DNA of 63,818 nucleotides, the filler included, from Kipferlia bialata (lineage: Eukaryota), in NCBI GenBank assembly GCA_003568945.1. It is 4 parts of 4 records of this genome, joined end to end, with 100 filler letters (N's around TTAATTAATTAA, not from the genome) between each part and the next. Parts side by side here need not be neighbours in the genome. Positions count along the whole stretch, not along the records: positions 25,963 to 57,951 come from BDIP01000094.1; 3 more parts are not named here. The stretch is one strand, 5' to 3'. Under the pieces are notes generated by a model. That model did not search any database, was not told the origin of the DNA, and saw only the letters and a program-made list of their open reading frames with translations. Every line of letters begins with the position of its first letter. The stretch's first letter is position 1. Position numbers and translations under genes: made by a program. This document shows positions 29,201-41,200 of this stretch, piece after piece.

Positions 29201-32200
29201 AGTGAGTCAAGTGAGTTTGAGATACCACAGAGTGATGAGGATGGGGCCATGGAGCATGAGAGTCCCATGGTGGGTGGCACTGTAGACCCATCCGACATTG
29301 GAATAGGTCTGGTTGGCATCGGAGGGGAAGAAGAGCCAGAGGAGAGCTCTGAGGACGAGTACGTCATCCCCGTGACCAGACGGCCTGTGGATGAACTGGT
29401 GCCCCTCGTCGTCGAGTGCTTCGGCAAGTTCAGGGCCGAGAACAAGACAGTCAGGAACCTTGTGAATCTGTGCCGCGGGGTGTCTCGACTGGGGGATGTC
29501 ATTGAGGGAGCAGCCCACCTGACTGTCCTGGCCACCATGCTCAGTCCCACTGGCATCAGCAGGGAGTATAGCATCCCAGACGGAGACAGGAAGGTCCTGC
29601 TCGAGTCAGTTGAGGAGGGCTATGAGACTGAGCGGTTCTTCTACAAGGGGGCCGCGAGTGTGGAGTCCCTCGTCTGCATGGTGGCAGGCGTAGACATTGT
29701 GCACAGCCCTCTGCTCATCGAGGGCCCGGCTGGCATTGGCAAGTCAGAGTGCGCCAGGTTCTATGCCAGGGCCAGGAAGGGCAAGAACACACAGCTCATG
29801 TCTCTGACATGCAGTGCAGACACAAGGCCAGAGCACTTCTTCGGCCAGGCCATATCCGCCGGGGGCGGCTTCTCCTTCAGCCCTGGCCCAGCTGTCCTGG
29901 CCATGGAGAGGGGCCACGTGCTGTGTGTGGACGAGCTCAACCTGTGCGCCCCGTCCATCCTCCAGGCCCTGCTCCCAGTGCTGGAGGCACAGCCAGGGGA
30001 GTGCATCCGAATCCCAGGCCGCAGTGAGCCTCTGGCCGTCCACCCCGACTTCGTGTTTGTGGCCACCCAGAACACATTCTCAGGACACGGGAGACAGCGA
30101 CTGCCGCACTCCCTGCTGTCTAGGTTTGTGGTAGCAAGAGCCAACCCCCTCACAGAGCAGCAGTTGACTGCTATTTGCACACGCATCCTGCGCCCCACCC
30201 TTGACACCCTGCCTGACCAACTGACAGCTAAGAGGCTGTCGTCGTTGATCACACAGGCCAACGCACCAGCCTCGGCAAAGAGCAAGCCATACCTGTACCC
30301 ACATGCCTCTCTGACACTAAGGGACATCAGAAGGTGATGACCTGTCACATATTTTACACTATCCTACATGCAAGGACTTGATACACCTAGAACAATCTCT
30401 AACAGCAGGCTACTGAAGCGTCTGGAACACCCCAAGGTGTGGCTGCCGTACCAGGTGTGCACCTTGCTGACCCAGAAGGTATCCCACCGGCTCACAGACA
30501 TCAGACGCAACCTGGTGGATCTCGTTGCCACCTGCTTTGACTGTGACGCAGAGGCCCTGATGAAATACCAGGAGGGAAAGGTGGCAGTCAGTATGGATGC
30601 GACTGGATCTGCCACTCTGACCAAGGGACCAGACACGGCACGTACCAGAACTAGACCGAGACACTATGTGGGACTCAACCTGGTGAACCAGCCCCAGCCC
30701 CTGCTGCAGGCCCTCTACCAGCTGGAGCTGTGTCACGCAGAGGAGAACATCCTCCTGGTAGGCGGTACCAGCTACAAGGGTCTGATCCTGACAGAGATAC
30801 TGAGGTCGAGGGGAAAGGAGGACGTCGAGGACATCTCACTCACAAGAGAGACCACCACAACCCTTCTGGCAGGGTCGCAGACCGTCAACAACCACTCTCG
30901 TGCTATGCTGGTATTCTTGGATCTGCTCCAGGTTGCCGCCCGGCGCCTGGGTGGTCCATTGTGCAAGGTTGCCGCTGAGGCCCACCACCTGGCAGAGACC
31001 ATTCAGAGCAGCACAGGTCTGGACAGGAGCGGGTACGAGGCCATGATCAACCAGGCACACGAGGATGCCACACGCCTACTCGACGAATTCACCAAGGATG
31101 TGGTGTCGGGTCAGAGCGTCGTCGCCTACAAGAATCAGGAGTTCATCGAGAATGCCCTGAACAACGCACTGCGCATAGTCAAGCCCCCATGCAGCCATGA
31201 CAGTGTACCCCAGGCAGACTCGGCGCTGAGGCAGCTCGTGACCATATTCAGCATAGGGCGCTTGACTCGTGCTGCAGTCTTTGGGACCCCCCTCATCCTG
31301 CGCAATGTGGCTCTACCGGCTGCTTCTGTGCTGGAGAGGATGAACCCCCTTCTCGAGATGCCGCCCACCTACACACTGCCCGAGGACGCAGCCTCCACAA
31401 TCACTCAGAACAACGACGCCACAGTCCCAGTCTGTAAAGGGATGAACGTGCATGCCACTGCAACGGAGCGCCAGCTGAACGACCTCTCCCACGCCACCCG
31501 CAGCCGATTCACTGAGATATCGGTAGCGCCATACACGGAGTCTGACGTGCAGCAGGTGGTGCTGGGGGTGGCTGAGGATGTGTTGCAGACCAAGGGGTGC
31601 AGGACTCCGCCAGATACAGTGGCGTCCCTCATCAACTCCAAGGCCCTGCTAGTCCGCCAGGACTCCCACCTGTCACTGAAGCAGGTGCTGTGCTGGACAA
31701 GGCTGGCCGCCTCGCTGGTGAGCACTGGCATGGACGTGCCCACCGCAGTGTCTGTGGCAGGGGTCAAGGCGGTGGCAGACAGAAACAGCAAGAAGTGGTC
31801 AGAGATGGTGAGGCACATGGGCCTCGACACCATCACCCCCGCCCTACAGCAGTATGCCCAGTGGAGACAGAACCCGAAGGCGAACGACACGTTTATGCGG
31901 CAGAGCCTTGAGAAGACCACCCTCAGGTCAGGGCAGCGCGTCACTGCACCCTACTCTGGGGCGAGAATGAGAGCAGCGGCCTCATCTGGGGCATATGACT
32001 TTGACGAGTACACCAAGACGCCTACCCTGCTCTACCTTCTGGATACCATCATAACCTGCGTACAGGCCAACGTCCCTGGTATCCTGAAGGGACCGCCTGG
32101 GCTGGCAAAGAGCAGTGCCTTCGAGGCCATCCAGAGGGCGACAGGCCACAGGGTGACCAGACTCAACCTCTCCAACTCCACCACTGTGGAGGATCTCTTT

Positions 32201-35200
32201 GGGAGGGTGATGTCGAGTCCAGAGGAGGGCGCCATATCATTTGAGGTATAAAACACATCCACTAACATACTTTCACAACTGAAACCACCTCTCTCACCCC
32301 AGTTCCAGAAGGGCGAGCTGACCGATGCCATCGAGTGGACACCTGAGTCTGAGGACAAGGATAGCCTTAGCCCCATCGTGCTACTCGATGAGCTGAACCT
32401 GGCCCCTGCCGCAGTCATTGACGCCATCACGCCTCTGTTTAAGCCAGGGACCAAGCGCCTGCTGCTCCCTAGCGGCAACGTGATGCCACTGAGGCACTTC
32501 CACCTCTTTGCAACTGTGAATCCAGCCTCGTCTTCGTCAGGAAGAGGCGCTCTAGACAGATCCCTGACAGACAACGCAGTCCTAGTGGAACTGCCTTCAT
32601 ACCGGACTCCAGAGGTCGTCGCTATAGCACACGATGTGCTAGGGTGTGTGCCATACTTCCAGACAGAGGGTAGGCTGCAGAGGGCTGTGGAGGCTCACTT
32701 TGCGGCAGGGCAGGTGATGCGGACCACCTCATCAGGCTCAGTGACTCTGAGAGAGCTCATCAAGATGCGGCAGCTGGTAGAGTCCACAAAGTCTTCCCTT
32801 CCACTTGATGTCCTCCTGCGTCTACTCTACGTCTCTCCAGTCCAACAGCCAGAGACTAGAGAGAGACTGACCAGGGAGCTGGGCCTGCGTGTGGCCAATG
32901 CCGACATCCCCAAGGCCATGGTGCACTACAACGACAACACCTACTCTGTTGGGCACCTCAGGCTGGAGAGAGGGCCATACACACAGATGACCTCAGAGTA
33001 CCCTCTCTACGAGACTGTGTCCTCTACCCAGCTACGCTACATGCAGGACGTCACTGCCGCAGTGTGTGCTAGCAGAGTATGTCTGCTGCAGGGCAACTCG
33101 GACTCCGGCAAGACATACATCGTCAGGGCACTGGCCGCCTTATCCGGCCATAAGCTCAACATCGTACAGCTACACACCGACACCGACACCACCAGCATCA
33201 CTGGTAGACTGGAGCCCTGTATGCCCCAGACAGACAGGGTGCGGAGAGTGCTGGAGGAGGTAGAGACTCTGGTGACAAGCCTCACTAGCCGACTAGTGGA
33301 GAAGACACCCCACAAGACCACCACAGAGGTAACTTGGCCTGCATTGCTATCACTGCTGTCTGAACTGTGGTCTACTGAGACAAGTGGTGCTACGGTAGCC
33401 ACCCATCTTGAGACCCTTGTCCACAGCCTGTCGTTCAAGGAGGGCACCGAAGAGGCCACTATTACTCATGCACTAGGGACAGCGGCTGAGGAGCTGGGTA
33501 CACACACCAAGGAGATGTCTATGCGGTTTGAGTACAGGGACTCGCTCCTGATCTCAGCAATGCGCAAGGGAGAGTGGGTCCTCTTTGATAACATCCACGC
33601 AGGTGAGGGTACTGGGAGGGGATACTATGTACTACCATACACTAACTATCACATAACTCAAGCTCAACCCAGCTCCCAACGATGTCGTTGAGCGCCTCAA
33701 CTCCCTTGCTGAGGAGAACCCCACCCTGACAGTGTACGAGCAGGGGACAGGGCACAGATTCAGCATGGATGCCGAGGACCCCAAGTACCGTATATCGCCC
33801 AACTTCCGTCTCTTCCTGACCGCTGACAACTCCCGGTCCTTCCACAGCGGGTCTGTATCGGGCGCCCTACTCTCCAGATGCGTGGTGGTGTCAACCGAGC
33901 CAACGATCATGGAGGGCCTGAGCTGTGTTGGGATCATCTTTGCTCTGCTGCGCCGCCACATTGTGGAAGACACGGCTCGTGAGGTATGGACAGCTATTTC
34001 TGAATCTCTCATAGAGACACTGATGCCAGGTCGCATTCAAGCTCGTGCACGCCTTCCGGTCGATCTGGAAGAGTGAACGGGTACAGTCGACACAGATATC
34101 ATTCAGAACCCTCCTCTTCACAGTTCGTGCCTTCCTCTCTTTGTACCGGTCCAACGCAGACATCGGACAGTGTATGGGGAAGGCTGTGTACCTCGCCCTC
34201 CTGTACAGTAACACAGAGAGGACAGTGGTACAGCCACTAGTGCTGGCTGCAGTATCCAAAAGAGCAACTGAAGTGGAGAGATCCCTTCTGGCTAGTCGGT
34301 TTGGCGACCAGTCCCACAGACTCCTACCCCTGTACAGACGGCTGGCCAGAGTGCAGGCCTCCTTCCTCTGTGGTGTTCCTCAGGAGTTTTTGGCACCATG
34401 TATCAGTATCCTGCTCTCTGGACAGGCCAATGGTCCAGTCCCAAGTGACATACTGCTGTCACAGGTGGCAACAACGGTAGCGAGGGTCCAGATAGCCAAG
34501 GCAACTGTAGCCTCCGTCAAGGCATACACCCACTCCATGCTAGTTGCCATCAGAGACGGAATCAAGGTGGAGGACGGGCCTGAGGTTGTTGCGAGACTTC
34601 GCAAGACATGTACCTTGGCTAGACATGTAACCAGGTCTGCCCCAAAGAAGAGCCCCCAGAGAGATGCCGCAGCCCTTCTCTCCAGCATATACCCCATCGT
34701 AACATGCCTGACCGAGCTGTCAGAGGCGTGCTCTGACGAGCACGGCAGCTTCAGGGTCTCCCAGCTCCTCAACGATCCCTCCGTACCAGCAGAGGTCCAG
34801 TCAGCCGCTGCTAAACTACACACCAGCACCATATGTTTCGAGGCATGCTGGGAGGCCGAAATCCCCGCAATAGCGTTTGACAAGTGGCTTCATGCTCTCT
34901 TTGCGCTCATTGACAAGAAGAACCCACAACGGAATGCATTTGTGAGTGCCGTCCTGGAGTATCTGATCGACCCCTCCAACAGTGAGTTTGGCAGTGACAG
35001 TGAGACAGTGGCCAGGGTCGGTGCAGCACTCAAGGCAGGGTGGCTAGTGGACATGGTGTCCCTGTGCCGGCGCCACCCAGAGTCCGTGGTGCGGCATCCC
35101 TATGTATCCCAGAAGAAGTGCCAGTCGGTGCTGGCTGAGAGTGAGACCCAACCTGGAGCCATCCACATCTTCCTATCCGCCAAGGACGGGATTAAGTGGG

Positions 35201-38200
35201 CAGCCGTCCAGACGACAAGCAGCTATATCACCTGTGACACCCGGCTCTTCACTGAGGCAACACACACCTTCACCCGTCATAAGCCTCAGGACGAGGACGT
35301 GTGTGAGCACATGGTCAAGTGCAACGGGTCCCGGTGGCAGTGGGAGCCCATGGAGTATGACGAGGCCTCGCAGACATACACCCTGACCAAGAGCTATGGG
35401 AGGATAGAGGAGCCTCTCACCGAGCACTTCATCATCAGGAGAAACCGTGACCAATCTGACACCGCTCTGGTACAGGAGTCCATTGGGAAGGTAATTGGTA
35501 GACTATTTACACCTCTCTTGGAATGATGTATTTCAATGTGTCCCATCTGACGGTAGGTATTCGAGGAAGGATGGAGGAAGGACAACGTTGTCGACATCCA
35601 GCCTGTTACAGTGACCCACACCCCACACGTATTCGTGATGCGCCTCCTGGATCTCAAGGTTGAGAGGGAGGAGCTACTGAAGAGTGAAGATGCCACCCTG
35701 GACTACCTGTCCAAGGTGAGGGAGGGCACCCCAACCGAGTCCATGGCTGTTGACGTAGAGCCCCACATCGGGGCCAAGCTGCTCTACTCCAAGATCATCA
35801 CCTGTAAGCCCAACCCCAAGTGGGTACCTCTTGAGTCCCTTGTCTTGAGTAGCCTTTCTCCGGTCAAGAGGGCACTCTGGTCAAGACTCCTGTGCTCTTC
35901 TGGCACTGTAAGGAACACAACCCAGGCCACAGGCGACATCTCAGTCCAGAGCCTCCTGCATGACTGTGTGTGTGCCCTCGTACCTATGCCAGGGATAGAG
36001 TGGGCAGCACACGAGATCCCAGCAGCTGTCATTGTCTCCACTGTCAACAACATCACACAGGAGCTGGAAGAGTATGAGAAGCAGTCCAAGCGAGCTCACA
36101 AGGCAAGGGAGAAGGGGAAGACGGCCAAGATACCAGACCTAGACCAGCTGACAAGCCTAGTGCTGTCCCACACGACAAAGACGGCGGAAGAGGGTATAAC
36201 AGCTGTTAGGACCACATGCAGCGCAGGTGCAACTGCAGGGCTGGTGCAGAATCTTCGTCTTGCATTCGACCGTGTGTTCAGTCGGGTAGCGGCCGTTCCC
36301 ACTCTAAGACCCGTGCAGAGCCTCATGGCCATGGCCACCTGCCTGGATGGGTACGATGAGTATCTGCGGACAGAGCACTCCCGCAGTCAGATGTCCAACG
36401 CCAACAAGAAGCTATGTGCCCAGCTTGACACTGTCAAGGAGGCAGCACAGCGTTTAGGAGTCTCATGTCCAGAGATGAGGCCAGCCCTTGCCTCCCTCTC
36501 ACGTCATATTGAAACAACCTTGTCGACCAACCAGAGTAGCGACGACGCCAAGCACAAGTGGCTGAGCAAGAGGCTACTGGCGGCACAGAGCCTCTATGAG
36601 TCGATAGAGACAGTCTCAGCTCAAGTAGTGTCAGGGGTGTCGAGGGACATTGCTTCAGTGAGTTGGGGGAAGACACTCCCAAGGACACCAGATGGCTACT
36701 CCGCACTGGACGTGCGGGTGCTCACTGTGCAGACACTGGCGCGACACGTGCTGTCGACTGACGTGATCAGAGAGTTGGAGTCAGCGAGACAGAACACATC
36801 ACGGGTCATGGAGCTGCTTCCACAGCTCCGCAAGTCGCCACTTGCAGAGTTGGGAGAGCCACTGTGTGATATTCTCACTGAGAACCACATGCTCTCCAAG
36901 TCACATATCCTAATGCTCTCATCGGCTGCCAATGCAACCACGATATGTGAGCTGCATAGGGCAGGGGCTCCACTAACGTCATCGTCCATGATAGAGTGTG
37001 TCGCCCCCTCTCCCCCTGTCACGGAGGAGTGGGCACACGTTGCATCACAGGAGCTGCTCAAGATACTCCCTCACCCAGAGCGCCACGCCATGTGTGTCCC
37101 TCACTATACGCCAAGAGATGTATTGGCATTGGTCCACCTCAACGCCGGCAGTGACCAGACTCCTATGGCAGGGCCACTGTTCCGCCACACACTGACTGAC
37201 CAAGTTGTGCCTCGGATGAAGTGCCTCAAGGCTGACCTAGCTAAGGGTGTTACGTCCTGTACACAGATGGCAGACAGGATGATCAGTGCAGTGCGGGAGG
37301 AGCTCTATGAGTACACTAGCTCAGCCATATCCGAAGACGTTGGGGATATCGAGGCCCTGACTGGCTACAAGACAGTACCAGACACCTCATTCATGGCAGA
37401 CTTGATTGACGGAGTGCTGGAGGCCAGAGACATAGCCATTGAGCTGGACAAGAACAAGTCCACTCCTGTGTCTGACACTGACACGTCGGACATGGATATA
37501 CTACAGTGTCAGTTCCCCCTCTCTGTGTCTGACACTGTCACATACAGACAGGCCCTGGACATGCAGCCCCATCTGTCTCAGTGGCTATACTACAACACTT
37601 CAGTGAGGGATGGTCTGGCCCAGGCCATCCACCGATGCCACTACCCGGAAGGTACAGTCAGTGCGGCACTCCTGCCATACAGGGTGGCCTGTGGGTGCCA
37701 GCCCACCACTACCACCCACAAGGGTGAGTGGTTCAGAGGCCTGGCCTCCTGGGCACATGCCAGGGTCACCCTCGGCAATGAGTGGCACCACCCAGATGCA
37801 GCCCCACACAGGGTGCCTCTCCTCCTCGGAAAGAGCATACTCCCTGCGGACACATACTGTGACATGGTTGTCAGTGGCGTCGAGCGTATCGACGATGTGG
37901 TTGAGTCCTTGAGACATGAGCTTGGAACCAATGCTAGGGAAAACGCCGTGGGTGACAAAATCGAGTCCATAGTACGCGGTTGCATCTCTGTAGCCCTTCT
38001 CGGTACCCCTCAGGGCGAGACCACCCGGCACCAGCAGATCCACTCTCCCATAGGAGAGATGGCCAACCCCCTGACCCAGCTTGTCAACCTGCAGGGTGTA
38101 TTGGTGGCAGACCTACAGGCCATTCACACAGAGGAACAGCGCAAGTTGAAGGAGAGGAAGAGGACTGCAGAGAAGAGACTTGAGCAGAGCACCGGGGGAA

Positions 38201-41200
38201 TCCGGACTCTGCTGGGAGAGGTTAAGACTGCATACCAGACAGACATATCTGCAATCAAGACCAGGCAGAATGGGGAGCACCAGCGCAGAGTCAACGAGTG
38301 GCTGGCTGACCATAACAGGGTCCAAGTGGCAATTCAACGTACAGCATCTGATAGTAGTGCCTACCAAAGGTCTCTCTCCGTCGTTGCCGAAGCCTATGCA
38401 ACAACCCTTCTACCCAAGCCAGGTGACAAGAGTGCGATGATTGCCATTACTAATGATATTCCACTCCTGTTGAGAGCCTCCGGTGTTCTAAGGGCCGCCG
38501 CCAATACCCTTCCTGCTGGCAAGGTGATCTCCATTCCCCCTGAGTCGAGATGCCATCACTTCGAGGTCACCTGTGACCATGCCCTCACCAATCCTCGACT
38601 GGAGTGCCACTTCACATGCCCCCTCAGGGTAGAGGCAAGAGGGGCAACCACCACCACCACAGACCACTCGACCTCTGCAGGCATCCCTCTTCAGTACACA
38701 CGCCCGGGACACGCAAGGGATGTGGTGGTCACAACAGCCGGAGTGACAGGAGACACCACCTTCACTGTTGCTGTGGCAGGTACTGATGGGGAAGAGCAGA
38801 CAGGTCAGGATGGCTTCTGCCAGCTGACCAGGCTGACTGGCATGGCTGCTATGGGTGCTGTGGGTGTCCGAGAGGCAGCACTCAACAGGGGCCTGGTGCT
38901 GACACACACACAGCTACTCGATGTCGAAGTTCCTAAGCCATTTGGAACCGTGATGTCACTCGCTACGGCGCTCAGTCAACACGAGTCGCAGTATCCACCT
39001 AGCAGACTAAACCAACTGGATGCAGCTTGCCGTGAACACCTAGAGTACCCACCAAGGCCACAGGCCCCTACCACACCGGCTCTTACGGTACTCTCGCACC
39101 CTAGGCAAGAGATTGGCTGCCTACTAGACGCTGATATTACCTACGTCAAACAACGTTCATTGAACCAGAACGCAATGTTCCAGCTGAAACGAGACCTTGT
39201 GGCACTACAGCATGTGTTCAAGAACCTCACAGAGCCACAGACCCAGGCCTTCACTCTCTTCTCTGCTGCGATGCGAGACCATGCACTGGCAATTGATGCA
39301 GCCGTGAAGAACCTTGATGCCGTGTTGGAGTTTGCATCAATCCCCAAGAAGGGCTACAGTGCCATTGTGGCACACTCCCTCTCTCCAGTGCTGCCACCTC
39401 CCACCAAGCCCAGAGGCCTGACGGACTGGCGTTGGACCAACAAGAAGAGGTCCTTCCGGCCAAGCAGCGTGAAGAGGGGAGCTCTGCGCTCTGCCGTTGT
39501 GTCAGATGGGTCTGAGGGTCCCCTTCTGAGCATGCCCCGTGTGATTGCAGACCTTGGGACATACATCATGGGTGTCAACAGCGAGAGACATGTCGGTTCC
39601 CTTACGATCAACAACAGCGCCAAGGAGGATGTGGTCATTACTCTTGCCCTGACTGCTGGGTCCATGCTGGAGGTGTATCCCAAGGAGGTCACTCTACCTA
39701 CACGCAGCACGGCCACCTTTGAGTACAGCCTGACCTCTGACCCAGCCACCGCTGCCCCTATCACCGCAACTGGCTCTATCACTGTGGCATACCCCAATGG
39801 AAAGGGGAAGCAACACACAGTGCCCCTCCTTGTGGGTCTTAGGGTGCAGCCATTCTACGTCAACGTGACCTCATCCGAGCCACTATGTCAGAAACTCGAC
39901 AGCTCCGCCCTGGGGTGCTATGCACCAGACGGCACAGAGGTCAGGCTGGCACTCTCTGTCCCAGAATACCACACCTTCCCGGCGTTTGCAACATCTGTCT
40001 CATCAGGGCCTCGCAACACTGCGCACCAGGGCTGCTTCAAGTTCGGAAGTACAGAGAGGAGTCTGACGCTTGCTGGATATAGCAGAGAGGAGACTAACCT
40101 CAACGCATCCGTCACGGTGTCCTTCTCCCCGACTATACACTTTGACGCAGAGTACTCATCCCACCTGGGCCGGATGGGCACTGATCTCTACCAACTCAGG
40201 CAGTGCAGCAATGGCTCATGGGAGACAGACAGAGTCTCAACGGGTACCACCATCGAAAGGCGGGGCAATGTGAAAGAAGACAGCCTTCACTTTGTCGTTG
40301 TCAACAGATGCGTCCAGGGGGACACATATCGCCTAAGTCTATCTGACTCTCTTGCCTCTAAGACAGCCCTTCGCGGGGGACCCACCAAGAACCTCAGAGT
40401 CGTAGTCCCCCCCGGAGAGGCAGATGTGTTCACGTTGGACCTCAGCTCCAGGAAGCAGCTCTCTGGAGTCCTCTCTGTGACCTTGCACTCAATCAGGTTC
40501 AAGGTACAGTACACTGGAAAGAGATCCCTTGCCATAACCGGCACACGACAGAGACGCCTAGGCCCCTATAATCCACACACGAGAACCTACACCGAAGAGA
40601 ACAGGGACCTCATACGCATCACAAACTCCACACCTGGCCCCTTGTCTAGTCACCGTGGATACTTACTCTTTGTGAGTGAGACCGGTGTTGAAAGACGGAT
40701 CGGGATCAGCTGGGAGAGAATCAATGCCCACAAGCATAATGACTTCCAAGTCAAGGCCACTGACTACGGCACCTACTACCTTGTCTGCTCTGATGACGAA
40801 GATGCAGCCCACAAGAGCCATGTGGTTCACATGAAGAATCCCAACTCTCCACGTCAGGATGTGTGTTTCGACTGCCGTTATTATACGTTTGCCGGGGACA
40901 GACTTGACTCCGGTAGCACGCACACCACCTTCAAGCCCATGCATGTTGAGATTCGGGTGAAGAGATCTTGGAACTCCCCAGAGGTCAAGGGGGTAGTGCC
41001 ACTCTATCTCTTTGACATACCAATGCTCTCATCGGAAGAGCTAGAGGCTATGTCAAGAGTACAGAGGTGTCCTGACTCATTCTGTGTTGCACTGTGCGTC
41101 TCCCTCATTGCAAAGATGCTATTTACGCAAAGCGAGAACCCTTACGGCATACGCCTATTCACACACATGAGCACAGCGCTCACAATGGGGGATATGACTA

